Below, piece after piece: positions 1-13,500 of a stretch of 64,000 nucleotides of DNA. The DNA is from Eledone cirrhosa (taxonomy: Eukaryota), in assembly GCA_964016885.1 (NCBI GenBank), contig OZ024740.1:316448001-316512000 (forward strand). Reading direction: 5' to 3'. The notes under the pieces were generated by a model. The model was not told the DNA's origin. It made no database searches and was given only the letters and a program-made list of their open reading frames with translations. Position numbers and translations under genes: made by a program. Every line of letters begins with the position of its first letter. Position 1 is the stretch's first letter.

Positions 1-3000
1 CACTACCAACGTCATCTATAGAACTATATTAAACTATTCGACACTATTACCATCATATATAGAACTATATTAAACTGTTGTACACTACTGGCATCATATA
101 TAGAACTATATTAAACATTTGGACACTACTACCATCATATATAGAACTATATTAAACTATTGGAAACTACTACCATCATGTATAGAACTATATTAAACTA
201 TTGGAGACTACTACCATCATATATCGAACTATATTAAACTATTGGACACTACTACCATCATATGTAGAACTATATTAAACTATTGGACACTACTACCATC
301 ATATATAGAACTATATTAAACTGTTGGACACTACTACCATCATATATAGAACTATATTAAAATATTGGACACTACTACCATCATATATTGAACTATATTA
401 AACAATTGGACACTACTACCAATATATATAGAAGTATATTAAACTATTGGACACTACTACCATCATATATAGAACTATATTAAACAATTGGACAGTGCTT
501 CCATCATATATAGAACTATATTAAACTGTTGGACACTACTACCATCATATATAGAACTATATTAAACTATTGGAAACTACTACCATCATATATAGAACTA
601 TATTAAACTATTGGATACTACTACCATCATATATAGAACTATAGTAAACTATTGGACACTACTACAATCATATATAGAACTATATTAAACTATTGGATAC
701 TACTACCATCATATATAGAACTATATTAATCTGTCGGACACTACTACCATCATATATAGAACTATATTAAACAATTGGACAGTGCTTCCATCATATATAG
801 AACTATATTAAACTGTTGGACAATACTACCATCATATATAGAACTATATTAAACAATTGGAAACTACTACCATCATATATAGAACTATATTAAACTATTG
901 GACACTAACAACGTCATATATAGAACTATATTAAACTATTGGACACTACTACCATCATATATAGAACTATATTAAACTATTGGACACTACTACCATCATA
1001 TATAAAACTATATTAAACTGTTGGACACTGCTACCATCATATATAGAACTATATAAAACTGTTGGACACTACTACCATCATATGTAGAACTATATTCAAC
1101 TATTGGACACTACTACCATCATATATAGAACTATATTAAACTATTGGAAACTACTACCATCATCTATAGAACAATATTAAACTATTGGACACTACTACCA
1201 TCATATATAGAACTATATTAAACTATTGGACACTACTACCATCATATATAGAACTATATTAAACTATTGGACACTACTACCATCATATATAGAACTATAT
1301 TAAACTGTTGGAAACTACTACCATCATCTATAGAACTATATTAAACTGTTTTACACTACTACCATCATATATAGAACTATATTACAATATTGGACACTAC
1401 TACCATCATATATAGAACTATATTAAACTGTTGGACACTGCTACCATCATATATAGAACTATATTAAACTGTTGGACACTACTAACATCATATATAGAAC
1501 AATATTAAACTATTGGACACTACTACCATCATATATAGAACTATATTAAACTATTGTACACTACTACCATCATATATAGAACTATATTAAACTGTTTTAC
1601 ACTACTACCATCATATATAGAACTATATTAAACTATTGGACACTATTACCATCATGTATAGAACTATATTAAACTATTGGACACTACTACCATCATATAT
1701 AGAACTATATTAAACTGTTGGACACTACTACCATCATATATAGAACTATATTAAACTATTGGACAGTGCTTCCGTCATATATAGAACTATATTAAACTAG
1801 TGTACACTACTACCATCATATATAGAACTATATTAAAATATTGGACACTACTACCATCATATATAGAATTATATTAAATTATTGGCCATAACTACCATCA
1901 TATATAGAACTATAATAAACTATTGGACACTACTACCATCATATATAGAACTATATTAAACTATTGGACACTACTACCATCATATATAAAACTATATTAA
2001 ACTGTTGGACACTGCTACCATCATATATAGAACTATATAAAACTGTTGGACACTACTACCATCATATGTAGAACTATATTAAACTATTGGACACTACTAC
2101 CATCATATATAGAACTATATTAAACTATTGGAAACTACTACCATCATCTATAGAACAATATTAAACTATTGGACACTACTACCATCATATATAGAACTAT
2201 ATTAAACTATTGGACACTACTACCATCATATATAGAACTATATTAAACTATTGGACACTACTACCATCATATATAGAACTATATTAAACTGTTGGAAACT
2301 ACTACCATCATCTATAGAACTATATTAAACTGTTTTACACTACTACCATCATATATAGAACTATATTACAATATTGGACACTACTACCATCATATATAGA
2401 ACTATATTAAACTGTTGGACACTGCTACCATCATATATAGAACTATATTAAACTGTTGGACACTACTAACATCATATATAGAACAATATTAAACTATTGG
2501 ACACTACTACCATCATATATAGAACTATATTAAACTATTGTACACTACTACCATCATATATAGAACTATATTAAACTGTTTTACACTACTACCATCATAT
2601 ATAGAACTATATTAAACTATTGGACACTATTACCATCATGTATAGAACTATATTAAACTATTGGACACTACTACCATCATATATAGAACTATATTAAACT
2701 GTTGGACACTACTACCATCATATATAGAACTATATTAAACTATTGGACAGTGCTTCCGTCATATATAGAACTATATTAAACTAGTGTACACTACTACCAT
2801 CATATATAGAACTATATTAAAATATTGGACACTACTACCATCATATATAGAATTATATTAAATTATTGGCCATAACTACCATCATATATAGAACTATAAT
2901 AAACTATGCGACACTACTACCATCATATATAGAACTATATTAAAATATGGGACACTACTACCATCATATATAGAACTATATTAAACTATTGGACACTACT

Positions 3001-3031
3001 ACCGTCATATATAAAACTATATTAAACTATT
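1..3031. repeat. Uninterrupted 41-bp monomer block (over 70 copies, no cassette)
   Basis: No cassette sequence (TGGCCACTCAT, GTAAAGCCTTTATCATG) occurs before 3032; only monomers with point variants are present. Confidence 0.95.
920..2905. repeat. Tandem duplication with 984-bp period (24 monomers); boundaries approximate
   Basis: The same rare variants recur in the same order at +984: TATAAAACTA 1001/1985 and GGCCATAACT 1884/2868. GTTTTACAC, ATTACAATATT, CAGTGCTTCCGTC and CTAGTGTAC also occur in both copies. Confidence 0.9.
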
Positions 3032-3240
3032 TTCCCACCTATTTCTGTTTCCACTAACCATAACTGGCCACTCATACTGATTGAGGTATGGTTCTCAAAA
3101 TAAATAATATCAAAATCTCATAGATTCGATATTATGTCAGGTAAAGCCTTTATCATGAATGTATAATAGTAAATATAAAGTAATGTAAATACTAAAGTTT
3201 AAACTGTATTGAAACAACTACCATCATATATTAAACTGTT
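3032..3240. repeat. First copy of the 209-bp interspersed cassette (about 59 copies in the window)
   Basis: Sequence TTCCCACC...ACCATAACTGGCCACTCATACTGATT...GGTTCTCAAAATAAATAATATCAAAATCTCATAGATTCGATATTATGTCAGGTAAAGCCTTTATCATGAA...AAAGTTTAAACTGTATTGAAACAACTACCATCATATATTAAACTGTT. Other copies start near 3694, 4091, 4710, 5411, 5865, 6605, 7308, 7707, 8325, 9026, 9481, 10222, 11293, 12683, 13540, 14314, 15629, 16854, 17750, 18491, 19808, 20457, 21999, 22228, 23118, 23900, 24971, 25702, 27132, 27914, 28696, 29930, 31451, 32234, 33960, 34979, 36500, 37529, 39522, 40876, 42274, 43387, 45400, 46511, 48063, 49420, 50531, 52083, 53479, 54590, 55373, 56033, 57554, 58788, 60094, 61246, 62480 and 63591 (each within a few bp). 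Confidence 0.97.
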
Positions 3241-3299
3241 GGACACTAAGGCCATCAAATATATAGAAGTATATTAAATTATTGGACACTACTACCATC

Positions 3300-6200
3300 A
3301 TATATAGAACTATATTAAACTATTGGACACTACTACCATAATATATAGAACTATATTAAACTGTTGTACATTGCTACCATCATATATAGAACTATATTAA
3401 ACTGTTGGACACTACTACCATCATCTATAGAACTATATTAAACTATTGGACACTACTACCATCATATATAGAACTATATTAAACTATTGGACACTACTAC
3501 CATCATATATAAAACTATATTAAACTATTGGACACTACTACCATCAAATATAGAACTATATTAAACTGTTAGACAGTACTACCATCATATATAGAACTAT
3601 ATTAAACTATTGGACACTACTACCATTATATATAGAACTATATTAAACTATTGGACACTACTACCATCATATATAAAACTATATAAAACTATTTTCCCAC
3701 CTCTTTCTGTTTCAACCAACCATAACTGGCCACTCATACTGATTAAGATATGGTTCTCAAAATAAATAATATCAAAATCTCATATATTCGATATTATGTC
3801 AGGTAAAGCCTTTATCATGAAAATATAATTGTAAATACTAAAGTTTAAACTGTATTGAAACAACTACCATCATATATTAAACGGTTGGACACTACGGCCA
3901 TCATATATAGAACTATATTAAATTATTGGACACTACTACCATCATATATAGAACTATATTAAACTATTGGACACTACTACCATCATATATAGAACTATAT
4001 TAAAATGTTGGACACTGCTACCATCATATATAGAACTATATTAAACTGTTGGACACTACTACCATCATATATAGAACTATATTAAACTAATTTCACACCT
4101 CTTTCTGTTTCAACTAACCATAACTGACCACTCATATTGATTAAGGTATGGTTCTCAAAATAAATAATATCAAAATCTCATAGATTCGATATTATGATAG
4201 GTAAAGCCTTTATCATGAAAATATAATAGTAAATATAAAGTAATGTAAATACTAAAGTTTAAACTGTATTGAAACAACTACCATCATATATTAAACTGTT
4301 GGACACTAAGGCCATCATATATAGAACTCTACTAAACTATTCGACACTACTGCCATCATATATAGAATTATATTAAACTATTGGACACTACTACCATCAT
4401 ATATAGAACTATATTAAACTATTGGACAATACTACCATCATATATAGAACTATATTAAACTATTGGAAACTACTACCATCATATATAGAACTATTTTAAA
4501 CTATTGGAAACTACTACCATCATCTATAGAACTATGTTAAACTATTCGACATTACTACCATCATATATAGAATTATGTTAAACTATTGGACACTACTACC
4601 ATCATATACAGAACTATATTAAACTATTGGACATTACTACCATCATATATAGAACTATATTAAACTATGCGACACTACTACCATCATCTATAAAACTATA
4701 TAAAACTATTTTCCCACCTCTTTCTGTTTCAACCAACCATAACTGGCCACTCATACTGATTAAGGTATGGTTCTCAAAATAAATAATATCAAAATCTCAT
4801 AGATTCGACATTATGTCAGGTAAAGCCTTTATCATGAATATATAATAGTAAATATAAAGTAATGTAAGTACTAAAGTTTAAACTGTATTGAAACAACTAC
4901 CATCATATATTAAACTGTTGGACACTACGGCCATCATATATAGAACTATATTAAATTATTGGACACTACGACCATCATATATAGAACTATATTAAACTAT
5001 TGGACACTACTACCATCATATATAGAACTATATTAAAATATTGGACACTACTACCATCATATATAGAACTATATTAAGCTATTGGACACTACTACCATCA
5101 TATATAGAACTATATTAAACTATTGGACACTACTACCATCATATATAGAACTATATTAAACTATTGGACACTACTACCATCATATATAGAACTATATTAA
5201 ACTGTTGGAAACAACTACCATCATCTATAGAACTATATTAAACTATTGGACACTACTACCATCATATATAGAACTATATTAAACTAGTGTACACTACAAC
5301 CATCATATATAGAACTATATTAAAATATTGGACACTACTATCATCATATATAGAACTATATTAAACTATTGGACACTACTACCATCATATATATAACTAT
5401 ATAAAACTATTTTCCCACCTCTTTCTATTTCAACCAACCATAACTGGCCACTCATATTGATTAAGGTATGGTTCTCAAAATAAATAATATCAAAATCTCA
5501 TAGATTCGATATTATGTCAGGTAAAGCCTTTATCATGAAAATATAATAGTAAATATAAAGTAATGTAAATACTAAAGTTTAAACTGTATTGAAACAACTA
5601 CCATCATATATTAAACTGTTGGGCACTAAGACCATCATATATAGAACTATATTAAACTATTCGACACTACTACCATCATATATAGAATAATATTAAACTA
5701 TTGGACACTACTACCATCATATATAGAACTATATTAAACTGTTGGACACTACTACCATCATATATAGAACTATATTAAACTATTGGACACTACTACCATC
5801 ATATATAGAACTATATTAATCTGTTAGACACTACTACCATCATATATAGAACTATATAAAACTATTTTCGCACCTCTTTCTGTTTCAACCAACCATAACT
5901 GGCCATTTATACTGATTAAGTTATGGTTCTCAAAATAAATAATATCAAAATCTCATAGATTCGATATTATGTCAGGTAAAGCCTTTATCATGAAAATATA
6001 ATTGTAAGTATAAAGTAATCTAAATACTAAAGTTTAAACTGTATTGAAACAACTACCATCATATATTAAACTGTTGGACACTACGGCCATCATATATAGA
6101 ACTATATTAAATTATTGCACACTACTACCATCATATATAGAACTATATTAAACTATTCGACACTACTACCATCATATATAGAACTATATTAAACTATTGG

Positions 6201-9200
6201 ACACTACTACCATCATATATAGAACTATATTAAAATGTTGGACACTGCTACCATCATATATAGAACTATATTAAACTGTTGGACACTACTACCATCGTAT
6301 ATAGAACTATATTAAACTATTGAACAATGCTACCGTCATATATAGAACTATATTAAACTATTGGACACTACTACCATCATCTATAGAACTATATTAAACT
6401 ATTGGACACTACTACCATCATATATAGAACTATATTAAACTGTTAGACACTACTACCATCATGTATAGAACTATATTAAACTATTGGACACTACTACCAT
6501 TATATATAGAACTATATTAAACTATTGGACACTACTACCATCATATATAGAACTATACTAAATTATTGGACACTACTACCATCATATATAAAACAAATAA
6601 AACTATTTTCCCACCTCTTTCTGTTTCAACCAACCATAACTGGCCACTCATACTGATTAAGGTATGGTTCTCAAAATAAATAATATCAAAATCTCATAGA
6701 TTCGATATTATGTCAGGTAAAGCCTTTATCATGAAAAATATAATTGTAAATATAAAGTAATGCAAATACTAAAGTTTAAACTGTATTGAAACAACTACCA
6801 TCATATATTAAACTGTTGGACACTACGGCCATCATATATAGAACTATATTAAATTATTGGACACTACTACCATCATATATAGAACTATATTAAACTATTG
6901 GACACTACTACCATCATATATAGAACTATATTAAACTATTGGACACTACTACCATAATATATAGAACTATATTAAACTGTTGTACATTGCTACCATCATA
7001 TATAGAACTATATTAAACTGTTGGACACTACTACCATCATCTATAGAACTATATTAAACTATTGGACACTACTACCATCATATATAGAACTATATTAAAC
7101 TATTGGACACTACTACCATCATATATAAAACTATATTAAACTATTGGACACTACTACCATCAAATATAGAACTATATTAAACTGTTAGACAGTACTACCA
7201 TCATATATAGAACTATATTAAACTATTGGACACTACTACCATTATATATAGAACTATATTAAACTATTGGACACTACTACCATCATATATAAAACTATAT
7301 AAAACTATTTTCCCACCTCTTTCTGTTTCAACCAACCATAACTGGCCACTCATACTGATTAAGATATGGTTCTCAAAATAAATAATATCAAAATCTCATA
7401 TATTCGATATTATGTCAGGTAAAGCCTTTATCATGAAAATATAATTGTAAATACTAAAGTTTAAACTGTATTGAAACAACTACCATCATATATTAAACGG
7501 TTGGACACTACGGCCATCATATATAGAACTATATTAAATTATTGGACACTACTACCATCATATATAGAACTATATTAAACTATTGGACACTACTACCATC
7601 ATATATAGAACTATATTAAAATGTTGGACACTGCTACCATCATATATAGAACTATATTAAACTGTTGGACACTACTACCATCATATATAGAACTATATTA
7701 AACTAATTTCACACCTCTTTCTGTTTCAACTAACCATAACTGACCACTCATATTGATTAAGGTATGGTTCTCAAAATAAATAATATCAAAATCTCATAGA
7801 TTCGATATTATGATAGGTAAAGCCTTTATCATGAAAATATAATAGTAAATATAAAGTAATGTAAATACTAAAGTTTAAACTGTATTGAAACAACTACCAT
7901 CATATATTAAACTGTTGGACACTAAGGCCATCATATATAGAACTCTACTAAACTATTCGACACTACTGCCATCATATATAGAATTATATTAAACTATTGG
8001 ACACTACTACCATCATATATAGAACTATATTAAACTATTGGACAATACTACCATCATATATAGAACTATATTAAACTATTGGAAACTACTACCATCATAT
8101 ATAGAACTATTTTAAACTATTGGAAACTACTACCATCATCTATAGAACTATGTTAAACTATTCGACATTACTACCATCATATATAGAATTATGTTAAACT
8201 ATTGGACACTACTACCATCATATACAGAACTATATTAAACTATTGGACATTACTACCATCATATATAGAACTATATTAAACTATGCGACACTACTACCAT
8301 CATCTATAAAACTATATAAAACTATTTTCCCACCTCTTTCTGTTTCAACCAACCATAACTGGCCACTCATACTGATTAAGGTATGGTTCTCAAAATAAAT
8401 AATATCAAAATCTCATAGATTCGACATTATGTCAGGTAAAGCCTTTATCATGAATATATAATAGTAAATATAAAGTAATGTAAGTACTAAAGTTTAAACT
8501 GTATTGAAACAACTACCATCATATATTAAACTGTTGGACACTACGGCCATCATATATAGAACTATATTAAATTATTGGACACTACGACCATCATATATAG
8601 AACTATATTAAACTATTGGACACTACTACCATCATATATAGAACTATATTAAAATATTGGACACTACTACCATCATATATAGAACTATATTAAGCTATTG
8701 GACACTACTACCATCATATATAGAACTATATTAAACTATTGGACACTACTACCATCATATATAGAACTATATTAAACTATTGGACACTACTACCATCATA
8801 TATAGAACTATATTAAACTGTTGGAAACAACTACCATCATCTATAGAACTATATTAAACTATTGGACACTACTACCATCATATATAGAACTATATTAAAC
8901 TAGTGTACACTACAACCATCATATATAGAACTATATTAAAATATTGGACACTACTATCATCATATATAGAACTATATTAAACTATTGGACACTACTACCA
9001 TCATATATATAACTATATAAAACTATTTTCCCACCTCTTTCTATTTCAACCAACCATAACTGGCCACTCATATTGATTAAGGTATGGTTCTCAAAATAAA
9101 TAATATCAAAATCTCATAGATTCGATATTATGTCAGGTAAAGCCTTTATCATGAAAATATAATAGTAAATATAAAGTAATGTAAATACTAAAGTTTAAAC

Positions 9201-10540
9201 TGTATTGAAACAACTACCATCATATATTAAACTGTTGGGCACTAAGACCATCATATATAGAACTATATTAAACTATTCGACACTACTACCATCATATATA
9301 GAATAATATTAAACTATTGGACACTACTACCATCATATATAGAACTATATTAAACTGTTGGACACTACTACCATCATATATAGAACTATATTAAACTATT
9401 GGACACTACTACCATCATATATAGAACTATATTAATCTGTTAGACACTACTACCATCATATATAGAACTATATAAAACTATTTTCGCACCTCTTTCTGTT
9501 TCAACCAACCATAACTGGCCATTTATACTGATTAAGTTATGGTTCTCAAAATAAATAATATCAAAATCTCATAGATTCGATATTATGTCAGGTAAAGCCT
9601 TTATCATGAAAATATAATTGTAAGTATAAAGTAATCTAAATACTAAAGTTTAAACTGTATTGAAACAACTACCATCATATATTAAACTGTTGGACACTAC
9701 GGCCATCATATATAGAACTATATTAAATTATTGCACACTACTACCATCATATATAGAACTATATTAAACTATTCGACACTACTACCATCATATATAGAAC
9801 TATATTAAACTATTGGACACTACTACCATCATATATAGAACTATATTAAAATGTTGGACACTGCTACCATCATATATAGAACTATATTAAACTGTTGGAC
9901 ACTACTACCATCGTATATAGAACTATATTAAACTATTGAACAATGCTACCGTCATATATAGAACTATATTAAACTATTGGACACTACTACCATCATCTAT
10001 AGAACTATATTAAACTATTGGACACTACTACCATCATATATAGAACTATATTAAACTGTTAGACACTACTACCATCATGTATAGAACTATATTAAACTAT
10101 TGGACACTACTACCATTATATATAGAACTATATTAAACTATTGGACACTACTACCATCATATATAGAACTATACTAAATTATTGGACACTACTACCATCA
10201 TATATAAAACAAATAAAACTATTTTCCCACCTCTTTCTGTTTCAACCAACCATAACTGGCCACTCATACTGATTAAGGTATGGTTCTCAAAATAAATAAT
10301 ATCAAAATCTCATAGATTCGATATTATGTCAGGTAAAGCCTTTATCATGAAAAATATAATTGTAAATATAAAGTAATGCAAATACTAAAGTTTAAACTGT
10401 ATTGAAACAACTACCATCATATATTAAACTGTTGGACACTACGGCCATCATATATAGAACTATATTAAATTATTGGACACTACTACCATCATATATAGAA
10501 CTATATTAAACTATTGGACACTACTACCATCATATATAGA
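3300..10540. repeat. Near-identical tandem duplication with 3616-bp period (six cassettes per copy); boundaries approximate
   Basis: Diagnostic variants recur at +3616: GTACATTGC 3366/6982, TTTCACACC 4091/7707 and TGCAAAT 6761/10377. The 16-bp-deleted cassette is present in both copies. Confidence 0.93.
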
Positions 10541-13500
10541 ACTATATTAAAATGTTGGACACTACTACCATCATATATAAAACTATATTAAAATGTTGGA
10601 CACTGCTACCATCATATATAGAACTATATTAAACAGTTGGACACTACTACCATCATATATAGAAGTATATTAAACTATTGGACAGTGCTACCATCATATA
10701 TAGAACTATATTAAACTGTTGGAGACTACTACCATCATATATAGAACTATATTAAACTATTGGACACTACTACCATCATATATAGAACTATATTAAATTA
10801 TTGGAAACTACTACCATCATCTATAGAACTATATTAAACTATTCGACACTACTACCATCATATATAGAACTATATTAAACTATTGGACACTACTACCATC
10901 ATATATAGAACTATATTAAACTATGGGACACTACTACCATCATATATAGAACTATATTAAACTGTTGGACACTACTACCATCATATATAGAACTATATTA
11001 AACTATTGGACACTACTACCATCATCTATAGAACTATATTAAACTATTGGACACTACTACCATCATATTTAGAACTATATTAAACTATTGGACACTACTA
11101 CCATCACATATAGAACTATATTAAACTGTTAGACACTACTACCATCATATATAGAACGATATTAAACTATTGGACACTACTACCATCACATATAGAACTA
11201 TATTAAACTATTAAACACTACTACCATCATATATAGAACTATACTAAACTATTGGACACTACTACCATCATATATAAAACTATATAAAACCATTTTCCGA
11301 CCTCTTTCTGTTTCAACCAACCATAACTGGCCACTCATACTGATTAAGTTATGGTTCTCAAAATAAATAATATCAAAATCTCATAGATTCGATATTATGT
11401 CAGGTAAAGCCTTTATTATGAAAATATAATTGTAAATATAAAGTAATGTAAATACTAAAGTTTAAACTGTATTGAAACAGCTACCATCATATATTGAACT
11501 GTTGGACACTACGGCCATCATATATAGAATTATATTAAACTATTGGACACTACTACCATCATATATAGAACTATATTAAACTATTGGACACTACTACCAT
11601 CATATATAGAACTATATTAAAATATTGGACACTACTACCATCATATATAGAACTCTTTTAAACTGTTGGACACTGCTACCATCATATATAGAACTATATT
11701 AAACTATTGGACACGACTACCATCATATATAGAACTATATTAATTTATTGGACACTACTACCATCATATATAGAACTATGTTAAACTATTGGACACTACT
11801 ACCATCATATATAGAACAATATTAAAATGTTAGACACTGCTACCATCATATATAGAACTATATTAAACTGTTGGACACTACTACCATCATATATAGAACT
11901 ATACTAAACTATTGAACAGTGCTACCATCATATACAGAACTATGTTAAACTGTTGGACAGTACTACCATCATATATAGAACTATATTAAACTATTGGACA
12001 CTACTACCATAATATATAGAACTATATTAAAATATTGGACACTACTACCATCATATATAGAACTATATTAAACTATTGGACACTACTACCATCATATATA
12101 GAACTATATTAAACTATTGGACACTACTACCATCATATATAGAACTATATTGAACACTACTACCATTATATATAGAACTATATTAAACTGTTGGAAACTA
12201 CTACCATCATATATAGAACTATATTCAATTATTGGACACTACTACCATCATATATAGAACTATATTAAACTGTTGGACACTGCCATCATCATATATAGAA
12301 CTATATTAAACAGGTGGACACTACTTACATCATATATAGAACTATATTAAACTATTGGACACTACTACCATCATATATAGAACTATATTAAATTATTGGA
12401 CACTACTACCATCATATATAGAACTATATTAAACTTTTGGACACTACTACCATCATATATAGAACCATATTAAACTATTGAACACTACTACCATCATATT
12501 TAGAACTATATTAAACTAGTGTACACTACTACCATCATATATAGAACTATATTAAACTATTGGACACTACTACCATCATATATAGAAATATATTAAACTA
12601 TTGGACACTACTACCATCATATATAGAACTATATTAAACTATTGGACACTACTACCATCATATATAAAACTATATAAAACTATTTTCCCACCTCTTTCTG
12701 TTTCAACCAACCATAACTGGCCACTCATACTGATTAAGGTATGGTTCTCAAAATAAATAATATCAAAATCTCATAGATTCGATAATATATGTTAGGTAAA
12801 GCCTTTATCATGAAAATATAATAGTAAATATAAAGTAATGTAAATACTAAAGTTTAAACTGTATTGAAACATCTAGCATCATATATTAAACTGTTGGACA
12901 CTACGGCCATCATATATAAAACTATATTAAACTATTGGACACTACTACCATCATATATAGAACTATATTAAACTTTTGGACACTACTACCATCATATATA
13001 GAACTATATTAAACTGTTGGACACTACTACCATAATATATAGAACTATATTAAACTGTTGGAAACTACTACCATCATCTATAGAACTCTATTAAACTATT
13101 GGACACTACTGCCATCATATATAGAACTATATTAAACTGTTGGACACTGCTACAATAATATATAGAACTATATTAAACTGTTGGAAACTACTACCATCAT
13201 CTATAGAACTATACTAAACTATTGGACACTACTACCATCATATATAGAACTATATTAAACTATTGGACACTACAACCATCATATATAGAACCATATTAAA
13301 CTATTGGACACTACTACCATCATATATAGAACTATATTAAACTATTGGACACTACTACCATCATATATAGAACTATATTAAACTATTGGACACTACTAAC
13401 ATCATATATAGAACTATTGGACACTACTACCATCATATATAGAACTATATTAAACTATTGGACACTAATGCCATCATATATAGAACTATATTAAACTATT

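Noticed and set aside
3080-3150. Splice-donor-like motifs in the cassette (AG/GTATGG, CAG/GTAAAG), suggesting repeated exons or a spliced-leader RNA gene array
   Set aside because: The first donor is destroyed in many copies. There is no good acceptor after the pyrimidine tract, no Sm-site-like T-run downstream of GTAAAG, and no spliced-leader sequence I recognise. RNA-seq would settle it.
4700-4797. Short minus-strand open frame in the cassette (DFDIIYFENHTLISMSGQLWLVETERGGKIV)
   Set aside because: It is only ~31 codons with no recognisable domain, and it is variable among copies; this is chance-level length.
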